The notes under the pieces: generated by a model
What the model saw: only the letters and a program-made list of their open reading frames with translations
Told to the model about the DNA's origin: nothing
Databases searched by the model: none
Made by a program: the position numbers and the translations under genes
Shown here: positions 11,594 through 25,377 of the stretch, in pieces
How the letters are laid out: each line of letters opens with the position of its first letter
Position numbering within the stretch: the first letter of the stretch is position 1
Source: Octopus sinensis
Lineage: Eukaryota
NCBI RefSeq assembly: GCF_006345805.1
Contig: NC_043009.1
Location: forward strand, 6,014,001 to 6,078,000
Direction of reading: 5' to 3'
DNA length: 64,000 nucleotides

Positions 11594-13090
11594 TAGTTAG
11601 TTAGTTAGTTAGTTAGTTAATTTGGCTCAAAAGCAAATAGCAAGGCCATGTAGGGGGACATGGAGTTAAGTACAGGGTGGTGTTCATGTAAAGAGTTCAG
11701 GCCACTTGAGGTCCAGGGAGGCTTTGAACAAAGCGGTCGTCGGCATCTTCACCATCTCGTCTGGCAGCTTGTTCCACGGATCCGCAACCCGGACGGAGAA
11801 AGCTCCTCTCCTTCGATTGAGATGAAATCATCGCAGGTAGAGCTTTTCGGAATGACCCCCCAGCCGACGCTCTGGAGCAGGAGTGAAGAACAGCTCTTTC
11901 GAGAGGTTACACTTTCCGCTTATGATGTTGTGGGCGAGAATGAGATCACCACGGCGGCGGCGTTTTTCCAGAGAATAAAGGTCGAGCGTCCTCAGCCTTT
12001 CTTCGTAGGACAAATTTTTGAGACCATGAACCATGCGGGTAGCCAGCCTCTGGACTCTTTCGAGATGCTGTATGTCTTTGAGGAGATAAGGAGAAGAGGC
12101 TTGAATCCCATACTCCAATATGGGTCTCACCAGCGTGACATAGAGTGGTAGGAATATGGCTGCTGTGAGTATTCCGAATGACCGTCGAATCAAGAACAGA
12201 ATTCCGCGTGCTTTGTTGGCAGCATGGACGCACTGGGCCGAAGGCGAAAAGGAGGAATCCACCAACATACCCAGGTCCTTTACCTGATCGGTCCTCACCA
12301 GCAGCAGACGACCCGGCTCGAAATCAAGTTGAGTTGCAGGAGTAGAGCCGACAGGCAGATGACAGCACTTTGACACGTTCAGACACAGGTCCCAATCGTT
12401 AGACCACTTCAAAATTTGGTGGAGGCATCGACGAAGATCCTCTATATTACCGCGAGGAGCGACCAGTTTGATATCGTCGGCAAATAGAAGGGTGTGTTGC
12501 GTGAGGTCGTCGGGCAAGTCATTTATGAAGACTAAGAACAACAAGGGCCCAAGCACTGAACCTTGAGGCACGCCACTGCTCGCACTGGAGACGTCGGACC
12601 GCGAACCATTAACTTGGACTTGGAAGGAGCGATCTGAGCGGAAGGCACCAACCCATCGTATAATATCCGGATGGAAACTATATGCTTGAAGCTTGACAAG
12701 TTATAGGCGGTGGTTTACCGAGTCAAAAGCTTTGGCAAAGTCCAATAAAACGATGTCAACAGCATCACTATCATCGAGGATGCGCGGCACCAATTCTTCC
12801 ATTACTAGTAAGTTGGTCAAGCATGATCTCTTCGGCACGAAGCCGTGTTGGGAATCAGAGATAGAGGCTGTGTTTAGGAGGTGGAGCATCATACTTTTCT
12901 TAAGGATGGTTTCGAACATCTTGCTGATTATTGATGTAAGGGAAACCGGTCGGTACTTAAGCGGGTCTTCGCGGCTCCCTTTCTTGAAAATTGGGCAGAT
13001 TATCGCTGTTCTCCAGTCTGCAGGTATAACACCCGTCGCCAATGACATATTGAATAGTCGTGTTAAGGGCTCGCAGATGACCGGAGCCTT
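11594..13090 (-). mobile_element. 5'-truncated CR1-clade LINE, RT domain nearly intact, (TAAC)n tail
   Basis: One frame 13085->11684 with only two nonsense codons (12701-12703, 11828-11830). Motifs YRPVSLTS, QHGF, DFAKAFDSV, GVPQGSVLGP, FADDIKL, RRRGDLI, WNKLP. (TAGT)n at 11594-11619. Confidence 0.93.
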
Positions 13091-13448
13091 GATAGATTCT
13101 AGATGTCATAGCAGTGAGATTTCCCCACTAAGCGACGACCACAAGTAATATAGAGCACCCTATTATGTAATATGGGGGTTCCTGCGCACATAGGAGATGA
13201 TGCCTGTCTCTGCAATGTATGTGTGAGTTTTCTGTACCAAGCACCTCTAGGAGAAGTTTTATCAAAGATAATAAGGCAATATTCGGTATTCTAAGACGAC
13301 ATCCAAGTTCAGTTGTATATAAAGATGGTTGTTTGGTACTAACATTCTTTCGTTCATATTTAATTAATGCACACGCATACACTCACATATATCAAGATAG
13401 AGAGATAGATTTGCAAGGATGTGTGTATGTGTGCGAGTGTTTGTGCGA

Positions 13449-13495
<47 letters not shown>

Positions 13496-13638
13496 TGTAT
13501 AAAGTTTGAATGTGGATTCGTCCTTTAATTTGGAGGTTTCCAAAAAAAGGTTATTAATATTGCTTCTTCATACTTTGCTGGGAGTTTACCGGCATAAATT
13601 TGCGAAGATATGAAGGTAGTGCTTATATAATAACATAT

Positions 13639-13780
13639 GGCGAATTCATGGAATGAAGTCCCATAAAACTCATCAGTTTATTTTAAAATGGAGGAGACAA
13701 TATATCAATTTTCACAACTAGTCTCCTCCATTTTTAACTAAATTGCTGAGTTTTATGGGACTTCATACCATAAATTCACC
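13639..13780. repeat. Imperfect hairpin with about 60-bp arms next to (CA)n
   Basis: GAAGTCCCATAAAACTCA..AAATGGAGGAGAC versus GTCTCCTCCATTT..TGAGTTTTATGGGACTTC. Confidence 0.85.
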
Positions 13781-14289
13781 ACACACACACACACACACAT
13801 TCATACACACACACTCGCACACACACACACGCATAAACACACACATAGAAATATATATATGTAAATTAAATTGCTAGTGTGACTGTGTGCATGTGCGCTT
13901 GTGGGTGAGCTTGCGCGTGTGCGATAGACAAGTGTGGTGTGCATAAGCTTGACTGATGTAAATTGTATACATATCTGGTAGTGTGAGTATCCGCCTGAAG
14001 AATTCTATATTTCGTCGAGTGTAGCAAGCCCGTTTTTCACCCTTGCAATGATGGACAGAAGACCAATATTGCCGGGATTAAAAATGGTCTGTGACTCAAG
14101 AGTAGAGCAAGACGCTAAAAGCGAAATTGTCAACAAGTAGATAAATGAAACAGAAATGCACTACTATAATACCAATATTGGGAACTGAAGATTCATTAAT
14201 GAGTAAAATTGACATGTGAAGAACGTCACGCTATGCTATTCAGATATCTTTGTGAAATATATTACTAATTAGATGGGTAATTTTAATAC

Positions 14290-14349
14290 TATGATAGTAG
14301 TAATAATAACAATAATAACAACAACACAACAACAACAACAACAACAACA

Positions 14350-14384
<35 letters not shown>

Positions 14385-14487
14385 TAATGATGAATAATGA
14401 TGAGGATGATGATGATGATGATGCTGATAATGTAATGATAATGTAATGATAATAATAATAATAATAATAATGATAATAATAATAATA

Positions 14488-14520
<33 letters not shown>

Positions 14521-14534
14521 TAATACTAATAATA

Positions 14535-14569
<35 letters not shown>

Positions 14570-14722
14570 AATGGTAATGATAATGATGATAATGATAATG
14601 ATAATGATAATGATAATGATGAATGATGATGATAATGGTAATATAATAATAATGATAATGATGAATGATGATGATGATAATGATGATGATGATGATGATG
14701 ATGATGATTATAATAATAATAA

Positions 14723-14767
<45 letters not shown>

Positions 14768-14890
14768 CATAATTATAATAATAATAATAATAATGATGAT
14801 GATGATGATGATGATATGATGATGATGATGGATGATGATGATAATAATAATAATAATAATGATAATAATAATAAAATAATAATGATAATA
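14290..14890. repeat. Compound (AAC)/(AAT)/(GAT)n trinucleotide tract
   Basis: Direct inspection. Confidence 0.95.
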
Positions 14891-14894
14891 AAAA

Positions 14895-17684
14895 CAAAAT
14901 AAACCTAAAGCCGTCACTGAACTAGCCAATGAAACAAAAAAAAGTGATGATACACTGAACTAAAAGACTTGATATACGCAGCAGCCACTGCAAGCCACCA
15001 CAAAGAAGCTGGATACTCACCCAAACCCGCCCAAACAGGAGTACCACCACCCAAACAAACCCTGTGGATAAATAACATCCAAAACAAAATTAAAAAATTA
15101 GAAAAGACCTGTCGATTCTTAATGAAATCAGCAAACAAGCAACGCTCTGAGCAACAAAAGAGAACAAAAATGCTCCGCAAATATAACATCACAGAAAAAG
15201 ATTTGCCGGAGATAAAAGAAAGCTGAAGCAAGATATCCTTGCCAAAGCTCAAAGATCCGCCGCGGGTACGAGAAACGCCACGCTTCTTTGAACAGAACAA
15301 AAAGTTCAACTCCGACCCCAAAAAAGTTCTACCAAGGACTGGGAAAAATAAATAGAAGTCATGCAGCCGCACCAACGGCAGAAGAATTGGGATGAATTCT
15401 GGAGAGAAATATGGTCGCGAAACGAACAGCCAAAAAAAAAGGAGTATGAAAAACAACAAACTCGGCATCTGAACAACTTTGGACCCCCATAACAAACTGA
15501 AGAGGTCACCCAGGCACTGCAAAAATAAGCAACTGGAAGGCACCTGGGCATGACAAGATCCCCAACTTCTGGTTGAAATATCTAACAGGAATGCACAAAA
15601 AAGCTGGCTGAAAACTTTAACAGCATACTAGCAGAGCCAGAGACAATGCCTGAATGGCTCACGAAGGGAAAAACCATCTTAATTCCCAAATCAAATGAAA
15701 ACACAAAACCAGAAAACTACAGGACCAATAACCTGCCTCCCTTACTATGTTCAAGGCTTACTGCAGTGAATATCGCAAAGGCAGAAAAGCAACTCTGGAC
15801 CGAACAAACTGTTCCCAGAAGAGCAGAAAGAGGATAAATGAATAAATGGCAAACAGTCCTACACCTCCAAAACAAAGAGGGACTCATGAAAAACCAAAGA
15901 CATCCCCATTTAAGAAGAGGAATATTCCAGGGAGACACGCTCTCTCCACTCCTTTTCTGCTTGGCACTGTCACCTCTATCTGATATGCTAAATAGAACTG
16001 GATGCGGATATAAATGTTACGGCAAAACGATCAGCCACTTTTATAATAGGATGACCTAAAACTATACGCTGCAAATGACAAACAGCTGGAAACACTATTA
16101 AAGACAGTTCATGGATTTACCAAAGAAATAGATATGAAATTTGGATTAGAAAAATGCGCCAAAGTAACCATGAAAAGAGGAAAACTAGTTAAGAGTAACA
16201 CACATCACACTAGATAAAAACCAATGAAATAAAAGAATTAGACCAAAGCCAAACTTACAATACTTAGTAATCCATGAACTAGATAAGACACAACACACAC
16301 AAATGAAAGAGAAAATAAAAAAAGAATATTATAGACGAGTTAGATCAATACTAAAAACAGAGCTCAATGCTAAAAACAGATATAATAGGTATCAACACTT
16401 TAGCTGTCCCAGTTATAAGTTACAGCTACAATATCCTTAATGGACACGAAATGAACTGTCCCAAATAGATAGGAAAACAAGAAAAATACTGACAGGATCT
16501 AGGATGCATCACCCAAAATCTGACATAGAAAGACTATATATACAACGTATAGAAGGTGGTAGAGGCCTTATACAGCTGGAAAACTACTATAAAATAACCA
16601 CCATAGGACTGCAAAAATACCTACTTCAGAAGGAAGGAAAACTGATCCAGATAGCAGCAAAACACAGCAAAACAAAAACTTCTCAGTATTTAAGGAAGCT
16701 GACAAATACAAACAAGAAATCATACACCTAATAAACATGAAGAAGAAGAAGATGAAGAAACAAAAAAAGCTATAAACAAATGAAATCCAAACTAAAAATA
16801 GAACAGCAACGAACCATGATAAAACAATGGCAAGAAAAGCCCCTTCATGGTAAATACTGGACTAAACTAACGCAAAAGAAATAGACAAAGAAAAATCCCA
16901 GCAATGGTTGATAAGATCAGGACTCAAAGCAGAAACAGAGGGATTTTTAATTGCAGCACAAGACCAAAGCCTCCCCACCAAAAATTACCAAAAACATGTA
17001 AAGAAATATTACAAGTAACTGCAGAATATGTGGAGATGGAGAAGAAACAATAAATCATATTATCTCTAGCTGCCCAGTCTTGGCTAAGAAGAAATATATT
17101 CACAGACATGACAGAGTTGGAACCTACATACATTGGAAGCTATGCCAACATTATGGAATAACAACAGAAAAAAGATGGTATAGGCACACACCAGAAAAGG
17201 TCACAGAAAACGAGAAAGCAACCATACTCTGGGATATGCCGATACACACAGATAGAGAAATTAAGGCCAACAGACCAGATATAGTTGTCAGAGATGAAGA
17301 AAAAAATGCTTTCTAATTGATGTATCAATACCGGCAGATGACAACGTGTCTCTAAAAGAAATGGAGAAACTCTCAAAATACAAAGACCTGGAAATAGAGG
17401 TAACTAGAATGTGGAACCTGAAAACAGAAACAATTCCTATCATAGTAGGTGCATTAGGCATGATTAAAAAAAATATTCAGAGAAATACATAACAAAAACA
17501 CCAGGACTTACAAACACATATAACATACAGAAAATTGCACTACTAGGCACTGCACACATCCTACGCAGAACACTTTCCATACAATAACCATCAGAGCATC
17601 ACAACAAATCACAGCACATACCCAAGGCACACAGAGCTGCGCTCGGTAGTGAAGTGAAAGCACGCTATAAAAATAAAACTACTG
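14895..17684 (+). mobile_element. R4/Dong-type non-LTR retrotransposon (RT + CCHC + restriction-like endonuclease), frameshifted, 5'-truncated
   Basis: Fragments MPEWLTKGKTILIPK, GIFQGDTLSPLLF, CRICG..ETINH..C, RHDRV, ILWD..TDREIKANRPDIVV, LIDVSIP, KLSKYKDL, IIVGALG. (TAA)-rich tracts on both sides. Confidence 0.9.
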
Positions 17685-17739
17685 AATAATAATAATAATA
17701 ATAATGATAACGTTGACGATAAGACAGACAGAGAAAATA

Positions 17740-17980
17740 GATGGCTGTGAATGATTAAAAGTGATTTAAATCCAGAAACGTAGGCCCTAATCTGTGCTGC
17801 CTAAGAGCAAGCACTAAGATCAAACGACATAAAATACAGAGTAGACAACACATCAGAAAGTGATAAGTGCAGAATCTCTGGACAAAACGGTGAAACCGTA
17901 GGGCATATTACCAGCTAATATATGCCACTAGCCCAGAAGGAATATAAGAGACGCCACAACAATATAGCCATAGTTTGCAA
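17740..17980 (+). mobile_element. Second, diverged R4/Dong fragment (zinc-knuckle region)
   Basis: PET*ALICAA*EQAL..DKCRISGQNGETVGHITS..LAQKEYKRRHNNIA. Confidence 0.8.
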
Positions 17981-18599
17981 TATGTGTGGTCCAATGACAC
18001 TAGGGATATATTGTATGTTCGACTCTCGTAGCTGCCACGTCTTAGCGATCACAATTCTCAACTTTTTCTCATTCTTTAATGATGATGTGTTGATCTTCTG
18101 GCACTGCTACGTCGATTATTAGGCACTCTTGTTTGTCCCTCCTAAATGTTACTATATGCGGCCTTCGGTGTCTGTCTGCAAATCAAAGTCCCGACCTCAA
18201 ACCTCGAAGAATTTTGTTTGCAGTGTATTCTTTGCAAGTTTTTCTTTCTTATTTCTTGGGTTCAAATTCGAATTTCTAATCTGGCCCATATTATGAAGAA
18301 CTGATTATCTCCCTTGTAATATAAATGCCTAATAAACGGAGCTACAATAGTTTGATAAAAGTTTATACGTCTTAAAAGACGAGCTTGAGAAGACAAGAAA
18401 TAAAACGATTGTACTTTTTAAAGAATTTATCATAAAATTACATAATTTTTCTTTTAAAATTATATATTCTACTTGCGATTACGTTGTTGTTCAACGCCAG
18501 ATTAGTTCCGATGGGATAGTCATATAAGCAGCATATGAATTACCATCTTTGAAAGAATAACTTGTAACGCGAAATATATTTGATGTCTCAATCAACATT

Positions 18600-18830
18600 G
18601 TTTTAGCTAAAAAAAATTTGTTAATTAGTGCTGGTATCGGAGATGATGTTGGAGTACTTGTGGAGATGATGTTGGTGGTGATGGTGATGTTGATAGTGAT
18701 GAAGGAGACGATGGCGGTGATAGTGGTTGAAAATGATGGTGATGGTGTGGTGATGGTGAATACGATGCCCATAATGGTACAGACATTCCTGGCTGGTGGC
18801 GGTTGTTGTGGTTGCTATACTACTTGTGGC
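18600..18830. repeat. Degenerate (GAT/GGT)n tract
   Basis: Direct inspection. Confidence 0.7.
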
Positions 18831-19126
18831 AATATATGCAGTGATGTTTATATTGGATGTATTTAACAAACTATATCCGCTGAATTATTAATTTCTGACT
18901 TTCCAAACCTTAATGTCTGAAAACCAATCAATCGAATAAATTGATAGACAAACATTTACAGTTTTATGTAATCAAATTCACAGGACAGTAATTAAGTAGC
19001 AATTACTGCTCTGTAGTTGCGTTTTCATAAAAGTCTAGCTGTGTGTTTAATAATTTCTTTCGCAAATTATATAATATACATACATACATAAATACACACA
19101 CACACGCATATATATAAATACGCACC

Positions 19127-19157
<31 letters not shown>

Positions 19158-19199
19158 GTGTGTGTGTGTGGGCATATATATATATTTATATATATATTA

Positions 19200-19545
19200 T
19201 ATTCTTTTACTCTTTTACATGTTTCAGTCATTCGATTGTGGCCATGCTGGAGCACTATTTTAATCGAGCAAATCGTCCCCAGGACTTATTCTTTGTAAGG
19301 CTAGTATTTATCCTAGCGGTTTCTATTGCCGAACCGCAAAGTTACGGGGACGTAAACACATCAGCGTCGGTAGTCAAGCGATGCTGGGGGAACAAACACA
19401 AACACACAAACATACACACACACACATATATATACATATATAGGACGGGCTTCTTTCAGTTTCCGTCTACCAAATCCACTCCCAAGGCTTTGGTCGGCTC
19501 GAGGCTATAGCAGAAGACATTTGCGGTAGTTGCCACGCAGTGGCA
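19200..19545 (-). mobile_element. SINE family B with internal microsatellite
   Basis: Reverse complement of the copy at 62191-62620 (GCTGGAGCAC, CCGAACCGC, GGGACGTAAAC, CAGTTTCCGTCTACCAAATCC). Confidence 0.85.
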
Positions 19546-19601
19546 CCGTATCTTACACATTTGTATAAGCTACTTACCATACAGTCACTCCTGCACCTAT
19601 G

Positions 19602-19645
<44 letters not shown>

Positions 19646-19668
19646 ATCAATCTGTCTGTCTCTCTCTC

Positions 19669-19705
<37 letters not shown>

Positions 19706-20557
19706 ACATATATATCTATTTATATATACCCATGTATATAATCTTATACCTTTTACGTGCTTCATTCATTAGGCTGCGGTCACGCAGAGCAGCGCCCTGT
19801 TGAATTTTAGGCGAACGAATCGATCCAAGTATGCGTTTGACACCCTACTGTATTCAGCCTGTCAGTATTTTGGGAGGTAACTTTTGCACATTTAATCCAT
19901 TTTCCCGTTGGTGACAAAACCATAAAATTATATTTTCCATTTACTTCTCAGGGCTTCTTCTAAGATAACCGGAAATTAAATACTTCTACGAATAAACAGT
20001 GCGAAAGGAAATATCAAAGCTAAAATTTAATCTGAGCAGAAATATAAATGGAAGAATGCATGTAAAGATAACTTGACCAGCCATCTAACATAGGAGAATC
20101 ACAACACGAAAAATGTTATCTATATAGATCTATCGAGATCAATGTACTTGCAGTGCAATAACTGAAGGAAACAACAAGAAGCATGTAAATTGAAGAAAGC
20201 GTGGCTTACGGAGAAGTGGCCTTACTGAGAAAATTTCAACACATACACAAACGAAGTACTTCGTAAATTTAAGAAGTGTTTGCAAAGAACGTCAGAGGTT
20301 TTAATGCGAATTTTTATTTCAGTTATTATTTCTAGTATTACATGTTGCTTTTTCTTGTTAACCAAAAATATAACAATTTAAATAATCCTTCATGCTACAG
20401 CTACAAGGGGTGAAATTTCACTCCGGTGTTCAATTGCTACACATTTTATCGACTCAAAATTACGAAAATGTTAAGTCGACATCGGGGGAAAGTAGAGTTG
20501 CCATCATCAAGTGACAACGTAAAAATGTCACTTGGGATGTTTTTTTGTCCTTTCTAG

Positions 20558-20592
20558 GTGCACACTGTCAGCTGAGCGGTCATGTTTACGCT
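20558..20592 (+). CDS. Candidate 35-bp exon (GAHCQLSGHVYA; could be the end of an EGF-like module)
   Basis: Strong acceptor TTTTTTTGTCCTTTCTAG and donor GTAAGC at 20593. Confidence 0.35.
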
Positions 20593-20951
20593 GTAAGCAA
20601 AGAAGAAAATTTTAGCGTTCAAGGTCAAAGATCAAGTACGTAACGAAACAAAATAGTACCACATTTCAGTCCCTGAGTGGTGAAGACAGCGTGGCTGACC
20701 TAGAGAAAGCAATAGCAAAATTACTGATAATGGTGTACTTGATTTTGTGTGTATAAATATAAATGAGTGAGTGTATGTGTGTTTGCGAGCGCATGGGTGT
20801 GTACTTTTTGTGGGTAAACAAGGCTATATTCGATGGTGTGTTTTGACTCTATGTTCGTGTTTAGTGCGTATCCGGAATAGTTATTAACGCTTAATAAGCA
20901 CCAAACGCGCTCCCCTCACAGCTCGATATGTATATATATATATATATATAT

Positions 20952-20989
<38 letters not shown>

Positions 20990-21076
20990 TATGTATATAT
21001 ATATATATACATACATACATGCATACACAAACACACACACACACATACACACACACACACACATATATTATATATA

Positions 21077-21133
<57 letters not shown>

Positions 21134-21146
21134 ACATATATATATA

Positions 21147-21355
21147 AAGTTAATACAACAAGAAAACACACAAAAAACAACGCGAGGACGTGGAACAAAT
21201 ATAGTATTATTGGACGCTCAGGAAAGAAGGGAAGAAGGAGGGTCTAACGTTTTGAGCGGAGCTCCTCGTCGGAAACATAGGAGAAGGAAAGATCCCGAGA
21301 GTGGAAGACAAAGGAAAAAAATCGCCAACGGTAGACACGAGGTCACATTTTGAAA
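21147..21355 (-). mobile_element. About 205-bp TA-embedded element with HHR-like motif, mutated copy
   Basis: Homologous to 54893-55094; (TA)n on both sides. Minus strand CCGACGA GGAGC TCC GCTC AAAAC GTT (G12 changed to A). Confidence 0.7.
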
Positions 21356-22233
21356 ATATATATATATTTATGTATATATATATATGTATGTATGTGTGTA
21401 AATATATGTATATATCAAAGAGAAAGAGAGAGAGAGAGAGAGAACGAGAGAGAAAGAGAGAGAGAGAGAGAGAACGAGAGAGGAAGAGTTAACGTTCCTG
21501 CATGTTTATACAAATCTGAACAATTTTTAAAGGACTCATTAGAAATGTGTGTTTAGATATTCTTATAAATTTTATGAAGAGTATCTTGAAAGTGTCGCCA
21601 ATATTTGTCTTCACAAGACTGAAAAAAATCCTGCTGCTGGTAAACATCGTCGTCCCAACAAGGCATGCGCTTGACTATGTGAGTCCGTGTGTATAGATTA
21701 TATGTAGGTGTGTGTGGTGGGGGTATGTGTAGGTGTGTGTAGATGTGTGTGTTGCGTGACCATTTTTAACTTTAGTATCACTGATGTAATGATAATATAC
21801 ATATTTAATAAAGTAATGGCTTTAAACATTTTTTCTTTTCATATCGCTCTCTTTCAAACTCTCTCTCTCTTCCACACACACACACACATACCAATACACA
21901 CACACACACACTAATTTTTGTGAGTCTGTGTGCGCATGTATATACTGCATCAGAATCAGTTTGTCACTTAGACATATGCAGAGAAATATTTTCTGGCTGT
22001 CTTTTTTTTTTTTTAGTTAGTTTTGTATGCTAAATATGACAGCATTAATATATTTGTTTTGATATGATAATAGAAAATTGATTCATGAAATGTCTGTTCG
22101 TGTTGGAATATTTCAAGAATCTCAGCAAGTGCTGGTCCAATGAATAGCTTAGTAAGCAATCTGTTTACTATTCAGAGGCTTGACTAAAATTTATCCGCGT
22201 ATGATTGCAATGTTCAATAGTAATCCCGTTTAG

Positions 22234-22314
22234 GAGAATATCTAATTTGTTACAGAGACTTACCACACAGTTTTGTGACTACTGCAGTTACTCAATTCAA
22301 TGTTATTAGACAAG
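22234..22314 (+). CDS. Candidate 81-bp phase 1-1 exon (GEYLICYRDLPHSFVTTAVTQFNVIRQ)
   Basis: Acceptor CCCGTTTAG; strong donor CAAG|GTAAGA at 22315. Confidence 0.3.
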
Positions 22315-24534
22315 GTAAGAAAATAATGGATTTTCCGGAAATAGCTCGCTGAAAATAGAAGACTAACAAATGCCATAAACTAAAGCAACGTAGATAAACA
22401 ATAGCTTAGTTCTTTTGGTATTGAGAAGGAAAAGAAAATAACACTTTTTTTCGTATATCAGTTAAACGCTCTTCAAACAAAATTTAAAAAAAGTATATCG
22501 TAATCGCTGTTGTGAAACTTGTCTGGAAGTTTTGTGTTCGTTTTGTTTTTAGTCATAGATAAAGTTGGTATAAGGTTACGAAAAGTATGCATGCTTCCTA
22601 CGGGTTTTATCGCTTTTGTATTGTGCGTTGTTTTATTTTACTTTCAAACTATTTTCTTTATCTCGCAATCGAACAAACAATACAAAGATTAAAGACATAC
22701 AACAATCGTTAAATGATTATCTAGATATTCGTGTATACTAATCATTGTTTGGAGAAAATATGTACAAGTGCAAGTATTTAAGTCTACCAGGTATATCGAT
22801 AATCGGTTGGACAGGATTTAACTCAAAAACAACGTTTTTGAAAATTATTTGCACCTTGATCAGACACAGGCAAACATTTCTTTGTATTTGGTTTTGTTTG
22901 GAGATTTCAGTTTGCAGACTTAGTGTAAAGAGTAGAGTATTGTTACACACTATTTTGGAAACAGTTCCACCCAGACGCAACTCATTCATTGTCTTTGTGT
23001 TTGCAACCATGAGAATGGTTCACTTGCATTACGGCACCATGTATCTTAAGTACTACATGAGACAGTATTTATCTCATTGTAATCTTTCAGCAATTATCTT
23101 TCTATTGTTCATTAAACAAGTTATACGGAAACTTTGTCGGGAATGAATGTGCAAAGTATCTGTGTGTGTGTGTTGTAGATATATTTTCAAGAGGGATTTT
23201 ACAGATTAACTAATATATTGAATTGTCCATGTTATGGGGAAAATTCTCTTCTGTACTTAGTATTTTCGGTTTGAAATTTCAAACACGTCATGGTTCAGTA
23301 GAAGCTTATATTTTCATACATTTGGGAATCAACCTCATTGCGCAATATAAAAAAAATATTGCCATATTGCACATGAATGAGTTAAATTAAATTATTATAT
23401 TCCACAACTCATGAAATATTTCATTTGATTATGTATCACATTCAGAAACCAAAGTTAAATATACTTTATGTGAACGATTTTACGTTGAACAACTTATTAA
23501 AAAATATACTAATGTTTCCTCACACAGTTATGCACATGGCAATCACAAGCAAAATTGAGAAATACTGTAACACGTTCTGCGCAAGAATATCTAAAATTAT
23601 TTAGAAAATCCATATGAGATATGTGAGCAATATGTATATATATACATACACATTACACACACACATACATACATATATATTGATATATATATACATATCA
23701 ATATATACATATACATATATGTATATATGCATATATATATATAACTATATATATATATATATTGATATATATATATATATATACAATTATGTACATATAC
23801 ACATATATATGTACATCTATATATACATACATATATATATATTAATATATGTATACATATATATATATATATACATATATACATATATATATTATTGTAT
23901 GTATATATACAAACATACACACACACACGTATATATTTATATTTGTTGTGCGTGTGTGTGTGTAGATGTGTAGATATATTGATAAATTGGTAGATAGAAA
24001 AGTACATGTATAAGAGATACAGAGATAAACGAACAGCATTTCAATAAACATGAAGAAACAACTCAAAAAGGAAAAAAAAAACATTTTCATTCTATGGAAA
24101 TGGTTAAGAAACCTCGTATTCAATAAAGTGATTCAAGAAATGGGTGAAGAAAAGTAGAATTGAATTGCTTCAGCTTTTTAGAAATATGATATAAACGGAA
24201 ACTAAACTGGTGTTGGAAGGAAAACTATATCGAAATTCACAATTCTCGAACGGGAAACCCAAAAGGAAATGAATTTGCCACGTAATAAAACATATGAAAT
24301 GATTATGTCAGTTAGTTTCTCATTTCCGTTTGGTAGAGCTTCGCATGTCTTTGCGTGTCAATTGATAAGTTGTGCGCTTTCCGGTGGCGGTTTCTATGTA
24401 CATTATAATTTTCATACAAACATATGTACATATATATATATATACATATCAATATATACATATACATATATGTATATATGCATATATATATATAACAGGC
24501 ATATCTATGTATACATAGATATACATAGATATAG

Positions 24535-24582
<48 letters not shown>

Positions 24583-25377
24583 CAGGCATATCTATGTATA
24601 CATAGATATACATAGATATATATATATATACAAATATGTACATATACACATATATATGTACATCTATACATACATACATATATATATACGTATATAAACA
24701 CACATACACATATGCACACACACATGTATATATATACATAAGAAGTAGAAATTCGAAGCCAGCGGAAAATGGAACCCACAAGTTCATATTTGTATTTGAA
24801 TTATATTCATCCTATTCTTTCTTTTAAGCCCTTCAGGCGTACTCGTTCATGTGCAGGCGAACATGAGTATATACATACATACATACATACATACATACAT
24901 TCATTCATATATGTACACATATAAACATATATTTAGATATGTATATATATTCATGTATATATAAAGGATGTGCAAAATTGGGCGAAACGAATATCATCGC
25001 ACCAGACCAGTTCTACCTTGTATATATGAATTGGTTAGACAGCCTTCATAATTATACGTGGGCACAATGAGGAGAATGCGCACCGTACATAGGAAAATAA
25101 CGCAGGAAATGTCGTCGCCTTTAAAGCTTTCGATAATGAACGCATTTTTCATGAAAATAGATGACATCTATTACTTGAGATTACAAGCCACTCATGTGAA
25201 AGATCTCCACCGATTTCTCTGGCGAGTAATGCAGGTGAAAGGGACCTTTGGCGTGTGGTCACGTAAATGGGTTTATTCTTTCATTCTCCTGTAACGGATG
25301 TACCCAAACTGATGAAGCTCTTGTGCATTATATAAAAAAACATTTTATACCGGTTACATTTTCTGTTACAATGTCCT

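Noticed and set aside
22745-23146. 133-aa ORF as a stand-alone gene
   Set aside because: Length is near chance expectation for a window this size and there is no recognisable domain; only its 3' end is kept as a weak exon candidate.
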